From Zygnema circumcarinatum SAG 698-1b (lineage: Eukaryota > Plantae > Zygnematophyceae), in contig CM074818.1 of assembly GCA_037447605.1 (NCBI GenBank), positions 1,252,617 through 1,316,616 on the forward strand: a DNA stretch of 64,000 nt, given 5' to 3'. Below the pieces are notes generated by a model. The model was not told the origin of the DNA, ran no database searches, and was given only the letters and a program-made list of their open reading frames with translations. Shown piece by piece: positions 25,688 through 37,119 of this stretch. Positions within the stretch are counted from its first letter, which is position 1; every line of letters starts with the position of its first letter. A program made the position numbers and the translations under genes.

Positions 25688-27689
25688 CCAAGATACAACA
25701 ACTCCCGTTGCATGAAGTTACACTTCTTCCGCTTGGCATAAAACGTGTGTCTTCGCAGCACCTCGAACACCTTGCGCACATGCACGAGGTGCTCAGCGTT
25801 CGTCTTGCTGAATACCAGGATATCATCCAGGTAGACCAAGACAAACCCATCCATGCCGACGAACATCTCGTTCATCACAGCTTGGAATGTCGCCGGAGCG
25901 TTGGTCAGTCCAAAAGGTAGCACCTTATATTGGAAATGACCGATTGGCGTCCGAAATGCCGTCTTAGGAACATCAGCATCCGTGACACGGATCTGATGGT
26001 ACCCCTGCGCAAGGTCGAGCGAGGTGAACACCTTCGCCCCTTGCAGACGGTCCAGAAGATCATCTATGCGTGGTAAAGCAAACCTGTTCTTTACCGTGAT
26101 CTTATTGAGTGCCCGATAATCGATGCACATACGCAAAGACCCATCCTTCTTACCAACGAAGAGGATGGGAGCCCCAAAGGGACTCTGGCTGGGCTCAATC
26201 CAGCCCTTATCACGCAGGTTAGCGAGTTGCTTTCGCATCTCCTCAGTCTCCTTCGGACTAAGCCTATAGATTGGCCTCCAAGGAGGTTTCTGTTCTGGTT
26301 CAAGGGGTATGGTATGCCCCACCCCTCTGGCTGGAGGCAGACCCCTTGGCAGATCGTCTGGGAATACATCCTCAAACTCTTTCAACAAGGGTTGAAACAC
26401 AGTTGGGACAGTTGGCATTGTTTCACCCGCAGTGGGTTGCCACTCCTGGTCCCCGTCATGAGCGTCCTCGGTTGCCGTCATGACTTGCACCATAAACAAG
26501 ATGCTACTCGTTTTTAGTGCTCTGCCCAATTGCATGGCGGAGCACAGAAACGACAAAGACGACTGCGAGGAGGCTGGTCCGGAAGGACTGCCTGGCTGCA
26601 GCGTTATGCGTCTACCGCCACTGCGGAGAACGCAATTAGGGACAACAAAATCCAGCTGAGCCCCCATATGCGTCAGCCATTTGCTCCCCAAGATAAAGAT
26701 GCGTTCACAGGGCTGCTTTCGCGCGTCAACAAGCGTCGGCGACCGGTAAGGCGGAATCTTCAATTCCGCGGGCCGGCGCGGAGAATTTGACCCGTCGCGT
26801 CCATCCCGAAAAGTACTATCGGAATAGAGGAATTTTGTTGCAAACCTGCGGTCGACAAAAGCTGGCGCTAACAAAGTTAGCGTCCGCGCCAGTGTCCAGC
26901 AGAACGACTGCTGAGTGCCCATCGGCTGAACCTTGGAAGGTCATTGCACGATGGGCCACGTGGAAAATGGACCGTAGCACATTTGGTGCGTGAGGACGCG
27001 CAGTCCTCCACACAAGGGAATGAGGGGACTTCACCAGCGCACTGGGGGGGGATCCCGGCATCCACCTAAGAAGGGAGAAGCCCTTCTTCCATATCTTTAC
27101 CATTCTCCACTCAGTCTGTGGATAAGCCCTTATTGCCACATGTTGTGGAAGTAAGACTCGCAGACTGAGCACATGGTCCTTCGACCGCAGCAAGCGCAAG
27201 GCATCAAATGCACATTGCACTAAGGCAGCACTGCCCATGGCATTCAAGATAACCACATGCCATTCATTCAGCAAGACAGCATTCGGAAATGCTGTTGGAG
27301 TCACCGACAAAGAAGGTAGCAATGAATAATCAACAGGGAATGCATCGCACACAAACAACAGATTCCCGCTGAAAACTCCCCCAACCACTTTTAGAATGTC
27401 ATTTGTCTTTGGGATACAACATTCTACACTAGTGATAGCAGCTAACAAGCTGCCCCCTCTACTGTCAAGCCCACCAGCAGAGACTCCTAAGCTGCTGGTG
27501 GGGAGCCGTTTTCCGCCGGCCCCTTCCCCTTTCGATCCTTCTTGAAAGATGGGCAATCGTAAGACCGATGCCCCACCTTCCTGCAGCGGAAACACTTGTT
27601 CTCCGCTTTCAAAGCCTCCATCTCCTGTGGAGCCAGTTTCGGCGTAGGAGGCCGCTGAAACTGCTGAGGATGAGAGGAAGTTGCCTTCC
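25688..27689 (-). mobile_element. Ty3/gypsy fragment: gag zinc knuckle, extra domain, aspartic protease and reverse transcriptase
   Basis: CFRCRKVGHRSYDC; VLLDTGADANFVS; FILGSKWL; PIYRLSP...SPFGAPILFVGKKDGSLRMCIDYRALN...LDLAQGYHQI...PFGLTNAPATFQ...VYLDDILVFS. Bounded by N gaps on both sides. Confidence 0.92.
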
Positions 27690-27699
27690 NNNNNNNNNN

Positions 27700-28352
27700 A
27701 AAGGCTCCGAAAGCCTCTGACTTGTTCTTCAGGAGTGTGATCCAAATCTTCCTCGAATAGTCGTCAAGGAAGGTGACAAAGTACCGCGCTCCGCCACTGG
27801 TCGCCGGTGTAACTGGGCCACACAAGTCAGAATGTACCAATTCCAACTTTTCGCGCGCTCGATAGGACTCGTCTCCACTCCTCACAAATGGTCTCTTGTG
27901 CGCCTTGCCCTCCACACATTCTCGGCAAACCCCCAACTCCTTCTCCACTACACCTGGGTCTAGCCCACGGACTAACCCCTTCTCAGCCAACAGCTTCATT
28001 CCTCTGTGGTGTAAGTGACCAAGTCTACGATGCCATACATCTACGGCATTCTCTGAAACTGCATTCACCTCTTCATGATTCTCCCTCTTATAATCAAGAT
28101 AGTAAAGCCCTCCTCTCTCATAACCCCTAAACAACTGTCTCCCAGTTTCTGAGTGGATAGCCACGCATGACTTCTCCTCAAACAGAACACTGTATCCCTT
28201 CTTGCACACTTGGCTCACAGACATAAAATTTTGCATGAGGCCAGGGGTGTGAAGAACATCACCAATGTGCAGTTTCTCCTGAACCTCTTCTTCATTGATG
28301 ACTGAGCCGTCTCCGAGGACCATCCTCACGGCTCCACCTCTCGTCACGGTGA
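27700..28352 (-). pseudogene. Copia GAG-pre-integrase/integrase fragment, probably the body of element C
   Basis: WHRRLGHLHHRG...CRECVEGKAHKRPF...LELVHSDLCGP...FLDDYSRK. Confidence 0.85.
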
Positions 28353-28362
28353 NNNNNNNNNN

Positions 28363-31300
28363 GACGTTTCTCATGCTGACTGAACATTCTGATTTTGTTG
28401 GGAAGATCCAGGTTGCGGATCTGAAGCGGCCATGGCTGATCGACTCTGGCGCTTCCACGCACATGTGTGGCGACAAGCGAATGTTCTCTACGCTGGACAC
28501 CTTGGAGAGGACCAGATCTGTTCACTCGGCAACCGGAGAGGGAGTGACAGTTACAAAGGGAGGAGTAGTAAAGATGATCCTCGGAGACGGCTCTGTCATC
28601 TACGAAGAAGAAAGAGAAGAGCGGTTGTGCATCGGTGACGTACTTCACACCCCTGATCTGAAACAGAACTTCATGTTAGTCAGTCAAGTATGCAAGAGGG
28701 GGTACGAAGTCACCTTTTAGGAGAAGTCTTGCGTAGCTACTCACTTGGAGTCGGGGAAGCGGCTGTTTGAGGGGTATGAGAAGGGAGGCCTGTATTACCT
28801 TCATTATAGGAGAGAAGAAGATGAGGGTGTGATGGCCGTAACTGAGGGTGCAGTAAATCTCTGGCATCGTAGACTTGGTCATCTAAACCATAGGGGACTG
28901 CAACAGCTTGCTGCAAGGGGGCTGGTCCGCGGGTTAGACATTGACATAGTTGAGAAGGAGCTAGGCTTTTGCAAAGAGTGTGTAGAGGGGAAGGCGCATC
29001 GGAGACCCTTTTCGAGGAGTGGAGAGGAGTCATTTCACGCGCAGGAGAAACTGGAATTGGTACATACCGATTTGTGTGGCCCCGTGACACCGGCAACGAG
29101 TGGAGGAGCTCGCTACTTCATCACCTTCCTTGATGATTTTTCGAGGAAAATTTGGGTGAAAATTCTCAAGTACAAGTCTGAAGCTTTCGGAGCTTTCAAA
29201 GATTGGCAGACTCAGATGGAGCGAGAGAGCGGTCAGAAACTGAAGACGCTGCGCTCAGACAACGGAGGGGAATTCAAGTCGAAGGAGTTCGGCGGGTACT
29301 TGAAGGCTCGCGGAATAAGGCATGAATTTTCTGCTCCTTACTCTCCTCAAAGTAATGGAGCTGCTGAGAGGGTCAATAGGACGCTGGGGGACATGGCACG
29401 AACCATGCTGATAGATTCCCCCTTCCCGGCATCTTTTTGGGGAGAGGCGGTGATGANCGCAACTTACCTTAGAAATAGATGCCCATCTTCTGTGCTTAAG
29501 GATCCCGAGGTTCGCGAAGAGGTGTGGAGTGGGGAGAAACCCGCGGTGTCCCGCAGACACTTTGGGCCTTATTTGCTGGTCGGCGGTCGCGAAAGCGGCG
29601 AAGAAAGTTCGACCCGAGCCGTGGAAGGTACCTTCACCGACTCTGACATGAACGGTCGCACCTAAGATTGTGGAACCCTCGAGCAAACGAAGTGCAGAGC
29701 TCGAGAGACGTTACGGTGGATGAGAAGGGGGCGGTGACTCGGCTAGGTGAGACCCGCACCCCAAAGGCAGGTTTGGAAATTGTGTACGAGGATGTGGAGA
29801 CCAGCGAAGGGGCATGGGCCTCGAGGGTCCGGCTTAGGAGGAGATAAAGCCGCGCTGAGGCCAGCGGGGTGAGCTTGGGCTTAGCAGCCGGCAGTGGGCG
29901 GCGTGGGAGTTGAACAGGAGGAGCGCAAGCGGGAGCCGCAGCAGCCGGCGGAGCGACACCACTACGCTCACGTAGGCCGAGGAGGGCTTCGGCGGCTATT
30001 GCCTTTGCATGGGGGGTCACGAGGATTTGGAGGCGGTGAGAGGCATGTTGTCGAGCATGCCTCCCGGGTTTGTCCCGGGGATTTTCTTCAACACGAGGAG
30101 CCGGAGAGCGCAAGGACCTCGGAGGAGCACCCGTGTGGTGAGGAGGCCTGATCACCTCTGAGGCCTTAGCGGACTAACCTAGTCTGAGGGAAAGAGTGCT
30201 ACAGGACTCGGATTTCCTTTGGGGCTGCTTGTGTTTATGATCACTTGGAACCGCCAAACCTTTGAGGCTGCGGCGGGGTCGATGGAGAGAAGTGGCGGCG
30301 GCGTCGGCGGCCAGTGGGGCAGTTCTTTGGGGAGAAACGTACCCGATGGCGACTTGAGGAAATTGCCCAGGGGAAGGCGAACCATTGAATTACAGAGGTA
30401 GGTGTTCAAGGTGAAGCGAAAGGCGGACGGGAGCGTCGACCGTTACAAAGCGCGTCTGGTGGCGAAGGGCTTCAACCAGGCGTACGGAATCGACTACACG
30501 GAGACCTTCGCCCCCGTGGTGAAGTTCAACTCCCTCCAGGTGCCTAATATCGATTCGCGGCGAGGGATACTGCATTACATCAACTTCGATATCAAGACAG
30601 CGTTTACGTCGCGAATCTCATTTGAGGAGATCTACATGGTACGACCGAAGGAACATACGAGGGCAGAGCATCTCGTTTGTCGTCTTGTGAAAAGTGCATG
30701 CCAGTTGAAAGCGGCCGGAGATTTAAAGAAAATTGATGACTCTTGAGATACTTAGTTCTTGTGATTGAGGCGGATCATTCCGTCTCTGGAAACAAAGAGG
30801 GAAGAAGGCAGATCTCATAATACGTTTAGGATCGTGGGCGACCTCATAATGGTGAGCCTCTCATTGGAGAGAATCAATGATTTGGCGCGGCACCAGGCCC
30901 AACTTAATCTCCGGATCTAGGGGAGAGCCTGATTATCTCTCACAGAATCACGATTGAAGAAGAGGCCGGGGCCAACGACTTATTTCTTTAATGTCGAAGA
31001 AATGCGCGCGAGATGTCTTTGCCGGAGTTCAAATGGAGGAGTGTCGTCCTTGCTTTCGAGGATTCGATGGAGATCCCGAACGCGTTGTCGAAAGATATGA
31101 TACTGCGGCAGTCACGGAGAATGCCGAATATGCGGAGTACGTGCAATGAGATGGCTGTCGGGGAGTTTAATGTCGTGATAGGTACTTCGTCACGACTTGC
31201 GTAGCCGTGAGCACCGGTAAGTCGGTTCATGGAGAATCCGGTCCCCGAACATTGGGGTAGTGAAGCGGATCTTAGTTAGTAGAAAGGACCTTGAATTCTG

Positions 31301-32417
31301 ACCTCGAGGTTTGAAGGGGCGACTAGTGTCCGGATACCCGACTCAGATTGGGAGGTGGCGTGGACCGCGTCCCACGATCGGCGTCGAGGATTTGTGTTCT
31401 GGCGAGGAGGCGCGATCTCATGGAGCTCGAAGTTACAAGATTCGGTGGCGCTGTCGAGCACCGAAGGAGAGTACATGGGAGCGTGCCACGCAGCGAAGGA
31501 GGGGATGTGGTTCCAACATTTCTTTGATGAATGTAAGCGACCACAAACACCATTGACTCTTTTTACGGACAACCAGTCATCTATAGCTCTTATGGAAAAC
31601 CCTGTGTTCCATAAAAGAACCAAGCACATTAGGGTGCAATATCATTATGTGCGAGAGTTGGTAGAGGAAGGGATGATAGTGGTGAAGTTTGTAGGAACAA
31701 AAGAGCAGGCTGCAGACATGTTGACTAAGGGGGTCAGCGGGGAGACACTACTAGTGAACAGCAGGTTGATTGGGCTAGGGCCCATGAGGAACTGAGTCCC
31801 AAGAGGGGGATTGTTAGTGTTAGTGTATGATAGTTAGACATTGTATGGCACACACTAACTTGTTGTGGTACTCAGTTTGTAGAACATGAGATCTGCTAGG
31901 CGTAGTGCTCTTAGATCTAGTAATGTCGGTGCTCTGACTTTGGTGAGTGCGCNNNNNNNNNNGGTGCATGGGTTTGCAATGGCGGACGCGACGTGACATG
32001 TGTGTCACGTCACGGACGCCATATTATATAGTGCGTAGTTTTACTATGGGAAGTAATCCACCTACACTACTCTGTTATAGTCTCGGGTCTTACTCAGAAC
32101 CTGCTCGTGCTGCTAGGCTGCCTACACTTGTGTCGTGAGGTAGTGAGTAAGAGGGACCTTGAAGTGGTGGGAGAACTTCATTGTGGGAAGACAGTTTTAT
32201 TATAAGGAGTTTTAGAGCCGTGAGCTTTCTCCTTACACTCTCTCATTGTGATTTCCGTTGTGCTTGTCTTTTAGCTTCATTCTGTTGTTATGGGCGATGA
32301 GTGAAGTAAGATAGAGCTTTGAGTGTTTGAATGTCTTCATCCGTGGGAACTCAAGTTCCAATGGAGGGCGACACCCGAGGTGGCGCCGGAAGTGGGGAGC
32401 AGACCCCTGCTTCAACA
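28363..32417 (+). mobile_element. Ty1/copia element D (PR-IN-RT-RH, PPT and 3' LTR), inserted into the gag knuckle of element C
   Basis: PWLIDSGASTHM; integrase ORF 28745-29665; RT KARLVAKG; RH ALSSTEGEY...TDNQSSI...KHIRVQYHYVRE...ADMLTK. PPT AAGAGGGGGA at 31801-31810. The LTR runs from TGTTAG (31812) to TCAACA (32417), abutting the minus-strand CFTCGK codons. Confidence 0.8.
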
Positions 32418-34112
32418 CTTGCCACATGTGAAGCATGTCACATTCGAACGTTCTCCTCGGGCAGACTTCGGGGCGCCTCCTCCTCTTCGATTCGGTCGAG
32501 TGTGCAACGCGAGCACCTTCTCTTCTTGGCCGCCGACATCCTGAGTCGAATCCTCCTCTTTTATCCTACGCTTAACTTGTTCAAGCGTCATAGAGGTATT
32601 GGTCAGAACTGTCCTCAAAGCTGCCACTAAAACNNNNNNNNNNAGGCTATGAACCTCTCCATCAATGCATCAAATCTGACCATATAAGCTTCTAGTTTCT
32701 CCTCTGAAGTCATCTTCATCTTGCCTAGCTGAGTGTAAAGACTGACTATCGTCACATTGTCTTTCACATCATACATCTCCTCTAGACACTTCCACATAGC
32801 ATGAGAGGTTTTCAGATCATACAGCATAGAGGATGGACTTCCTCTTACGCTCATAACAATCTGCGTCAGGGCTTTGTTGTCCTTGGCCTTCCATTCGTGC
32901 GAGCGCCACGTCGTGCTCCGACTGCTGCTCCGCTGAGGCTCCAACCGGTAACTCCGGCGCCTTGATGCTGCCATCAACATACCCAAGCAACCCTTTGCCC
33001 ACAAGCAAAGGCACCAACCTCCATCTCCATGCCTTGTAATCCTGCCCATCAAACGCCGGTATGCTGAACTTGACGTGGTCCTCCGCGTCACCATGAGCTC
33101 TGATACCACTTGTTGATGCATGCACTCCTGCATCGCTGCCGGCTTCTCCACTCGCATCACCTTCCATCGGAGTTCGCGTTCCAATCGATGATGACATTTT
33201 CCCAAACTCTCACATTCACTCATAGCCCACTTTACTCACAGAGTGAACCTCACAGAATATGCACAGCGAAATAACAGAGAGAAAGGATAGGAGAAAGCTC
33301 TCGGCTCTAAAACTCCTTAATAATAATCTTATCAACACAAAATGAGAGACCCCCTCTCAAATAGCCCAATAAACTCAAAAGCCCACTACCTCGCAGCACA
33401 AGCAAGTGTAATGTTCAGCAACACGAGCATCAGCTTCTCAGAGTCTACAATAGCTACGTTGATAATCAGAAGTTAAAGATTAACAACCAAACAAAACAAC
33501 ACACTATATACTATGTCACAACATTCGTGACACTACCATGCTACGAAGCTCACAACATCGGCTAGCGGCCCACAAGGGCCCTATCCCGATCCTAATCCTG
33601 CGCCGTCGGATCCTCGTCGGCTCACACGGATCCCGTACGTTTCCTCCGTCAGATCCGACTCGGCCTCTAAGCTAATCCACGTCTTGCGCCGTAGGATCTG
33701 ACCTTGCCTCCAAGATAGATGACGCATCAATCTTCGCGTCGTCGGACGCCACCGACATTTGACGCCGCTCCGTACAATGATGAATCGGCGTGCGACATTC
33801 TGGCCGCCGCGTAAGCGTCAAGTCGAATCGTTCAATCAAAGGTTGGCCGCGCGCCCAGCGTCATACGGTCAGCGCAGATTGTAGCGTCGGCGCTAATTCT
33901 TCGAACCGGCTCAGCGGCAGCGTCATCCGCGTCACCTGATTTATGCGCATCGCTCGTCACTTCTGACTCCGCCGCGCCGCGCCTCTTCCACCGACCAAAT
34001 GTCCGTACCGCCGCCTACTAACTTAGGCGCACACCGCCGCCAAGGAAACACACAACACAAACACACAAAACTAATGTTCCAACAAAAGCATGCTAACTAT
34101 CATACACTAACA
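32418..34112 (-). mobile_element. Ty1/copia element C: 5' LTR (33111-34112), PBS and gag, inserted in the gag of element B
   Basis: TG/CA LTR ends and PBS TGGTATCAGAGC at 33097-33108. Gag reads FDGQDYKAWRWRL...KGLLGYVDGS...KDNKALTQIVM. The LTR start TGTTAGTGTATGATAGTTAG is shared with element D. Confidence 0.8.
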
Positions 34113-34278
34113 GCGATGTACATCCTCACTTGGACGTCCTTCTTCCACCACTCCGTCTTCTCCTGCTCGTCAGGGGATAGGAGGGTGAAGTCGGCCGGTG
34201 GTGTGATCAACCCGTTGACGTACTTCAGAAGGCCCTTGCTCTGAAGAAGAGTTGTCATCTACCACCGCCACTCCTTAT

Positions 34279-34723
34279 TGTAACAAACCACTGCCTCCAG
34301 CAGGGTTCGAACTCAGGACCTCCCGGTATTCACCTAAGTGCTTTACCATTAAAAGGCAACCGCGGATGTAAGTACTCGGCCATACAACCCATGTATAGCG
34401 TTTCGCTACATTCCTCCCCACCTAAACCGGGCTCGTCCTCGAGCGCAGTCAAGGTTTTTCACGAGCAGCGTTCAAGCTCTGTCAACACATGTGTTGGACG
34501 ATTCAGACCCCCATTGGCCAACCGTACCATGCTCAGAGATCACGGTGTTTTTAGGGTGGATTGCAAATACCAGTCCTTAGGCTCTGATACCAATGTAACG
34601 AACCTGCCTCCAGCAGGGTTCGAACTCAGGACCTCCCGGTATTCACCTAAGTGCTTTACCATTAAAAGGCAACCGCGGATGTAAGTACTCGGCCATACAA
34701 CCCATGTATAGCGTTTCGCTACA
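34279..34723 (-). mobile_element. TRIM (non-autonomous miniature LTR retrotransposon) with tRNA-like sequence in both LTRs
   Basis: LTRs at 34594-34723 (130 bp) and 34279-34410 (132 bp), TG...CA and almost identical. PBS TGGTATCAGAGC at 34581-34592. PPT GGTGGGGAGGAA at 34411-34422. TSD CTTAT at 34274-34278 and 34724-34728. The 183-bp interior is non-coding. Confidence 0.93.
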
Positions 34724-37119
34724 CTTATAGTCAGTTCCCCGAAAGATAGGGATGGTGTGCCGCACATCACCTTCAGCTCTGATACCACTTGGTGAGATTG
34801 AGGGGTCAAAAACTGAGCCCCCTCTGGTCGTGTCTTCTCCCGTGTTGCTCTCGGCCATGATGACTACCGTGAGCCAAGCAAGAACTGAGAGACAGAGTGT
34901 AAGAGAAAAGCCCACCGGCCGAAAACCTCTTCTTTATACAATGAAAGATACAACAGGCGCAGGCAGCAAACTACTCCCGGCTCTGGCTCTATCCTACGCT
35001 CTCTACTAAGCGTTGCTTGCGGCTTCCCTTGACTACCACACCCTTCCTCCAACAGCTACCTACACTCGGGAAGCACTGCTCCCAGTGCAGTAGCAGTAGG
35101 AATGAGCCTCCCATAAAGGCTCGGGTGATTCTGGATACTAAGCTTCTCCCCGTGGAGCAGCTTATGTAGCTCGCCGGGCCGTGACCCGGTCACGGCCGCC
35201 TGCATGCACAGGCTGTAGAGACCCCTACGTGGGCTCGTGTCCGCCTTGGCATTCTCAATGCGCCTTAGTGCGCCTCTGTGCAGAGGTCTCTGAACAGGGT
35301 GGCAAGGCTCAGTAGGAGGGGAGCGCACTCAGAGTGAGTCGGCTCTGGCACGCCATACGCCGCCAGCCTTGATTTTTGAAAGCGAACTTTCACCGATTGT
35401 CGCAGGAAACCTTTCAGCAGCGCCCGAACTGAAACTCGCCCTAAGTTTCGGTTCCGAGTCGCGCGCGAATACTTGTCACGTCGCGCCTCCGTTCACATTC
35501 CGATCTCCGCGCTCCTTTGTCGCGTCGTGCTTCGCCGTCGTCCGTACGCCCGAACATTTCGTTTCGGATCGTCACGTCACGATACCATGATTTAACTTAG
35601 GACTTTTCGCGTCCGCGCCTGCGCGACCATTCTTGTCGCTTGGCGTCCGCGCCTAAGTCCCAAGTCCTTCATGCCCTAGAGAGTCTATGTCCCAAACAGT
35701 TGTACGGTCTCTAGCGCTGTACAACACAAGTTGTAGGCTGTCGCATCCGCTGTCCCCACTGAGCCGGTCAGAAGAGGTGGTTCTGGAGTGCTCCCATCAA
35801 CGTATTGGAAGAGTCCCTTGCTCTCCAATATGTAAGACATCCTCCACCTCCACTGTCTAAATTCTGTCCCATCGAAAATCAGGACCTTATACCTGGGTTC
35901 CTCATCTGAGGTCGCTCTTATACCACTGTTGACAATTTGAGCCAGTTTCTTCTCACTACTCTCACTCTCTGACATGCTTGCAAGTTTGAAGCAAGACAAC
36001 GCTCAAGTGCACACACTGGAAAGCAGATGATTCAATCAATCAAACACTGAAAGAAAATGAGTAAGGAGAAAGCTCCACCAGCCTCAAAACTCCTTAATAA
36101 AGTATGAAGAGAAACAAACATTAAAGTCAAGCCTTCAGGCTTCCACTTCGGCTCTGACTAACTCCCCTACTTCCTGTTGCCCATACAGCCAGGCAATTGC
36201 ACTCCAGCTACACAAGCTAGGGTTACAACTGAATTAAGTTAATAAAACCTAAACAAATTCTACTTAAATACTAAGCTGCGATAAACTCCACGTTCCACCG
36301 CGAGCCGCCGCGCGCCACCACACCGCGCACCTCCACGTTCTAGGCAGTGCTCCACGTCGCCTTGAGATCGCTTCTACTGCAAAGGGGCGCTCCGCCTGAA
36401 GGCCGCCATGGTCGGAGGAGGAATGTCCGTACAATCCCTTCGCTCCCTCGACCCTTCGAACCTTTGTGAACGTTTGGGACGCTTCTTTGATGTCCACGTG
36501 TCAGCACAGAAAACCGTAGCCAATCGCTATGTGCCACGTGGAATAACTAAACCAATTCATCTGAAATATCTCTAAGTTCTCGCGGCCTATCACCGCTCGC
36601 CACGTGTCCAAACTCGACTCCTCACGTTCAGACTACCGGAACAAGACCTAGTGCCCGGTTCCCACTCGACTAGATCATCTAAGGACGACCAACACGAGCT
36701 AAGGACCGTACGGTGTACTTTCTAGGCCTATGCCCCTATTGTACACTACACGTTGTCTTATACCCCTATTATACACTACAACCATCACCCCTTGGAGGGT
36801 CGTACACTTCAAATCGATGACGAAATGAAGTAAAGAGAAGATTTCGAACATAAGCCAGCGCAACCTCAGTTGTTCAACATCGAGTGTCGCTTAAGTGACA
36901 GGAGCGTTTTTTAAACGGCTAAAATAGCTAAAACCTCACGAAAACTTGTGTATCTCCCTCAACACCTCCACTGTGGTCCTTGGTGGTGGTGGTGGTTGTA
37001 GCAAACTGAACGCTACAGTCACAAGTGCCACCAACATTTTGGAGTTGATCGTACGGTTTTGCCGTAGAAGGCATCCGTGCAATCGTACGGTACGGATAGT
37101 ACGGACAATATGGATAAAC

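Larger units (their letters stand above)
25499..35726 (-). mobile_element. Ty1/copia LTR retrotransposon B inserted in the gag of copia A; its interior is fragmented by gaps and further insertions
   Basis: 5' LTR at 34790-35726. The 3' LTR starts at 25499 and is nearly identical over about 180 bp up to the gap. TSD CAAGT at 25494-25498 and 35727-35731. PBS TGGTATCAGAGC at 34776-34787. Removing the insert restores the copia A gag (..DATAYNLWHERNKK..). Confidence 0.87.
20690..36750 (-). mobile_element. Ty1/copia LTR retrotransposon A (full-length, decayed)
   Basis: LTRs at 35927-36750 and 20690-21459 (the latter contains a gap). TSD CGTTG at 20685-20689 and 36751-36755. PBS TGGTATAAGAGC at 35914-35925. 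PPT GAGAAGGGGAA at 21460-21470. Domain order is gag-PR-IN-RT-RH. Confidence 0.92.
19893..36780 (-). mobile_element. Old solo LTR (19893-20689 plus 36756-36780, about 820 bp), split near its end by copia A
   Basis: TG...CA ends (TGTTGG at 19893, CACTACA ending at 36780) with a matching 5-bp TSD ACCAT at 19888-19892 and 36781-36785. It resembles the copia A LTR, and its rejoined length is close to the 824-bp LTR of copia A. Confidence 0.8.

Noticed and set aside
25515-28720. Long ORFs crossing N runs (25573-26922, 26816-27745, 27487-28500, 28295-28720) read as novel gypsy/copia fusions
   Set aside because: They are chimeras of unrelated contigs joined by 10-N scaffold gaps.
29530-31350. GC-rich ORFs in the middle of copia D
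   Set aside because: Copia IN-RT motifs are still traceable (WNPRANEVQSSRDVTVDE, KARLVAKG). The sharp indel-rich stretch between clean flanks suggests low-quality gap filling or decay, not a new gene.
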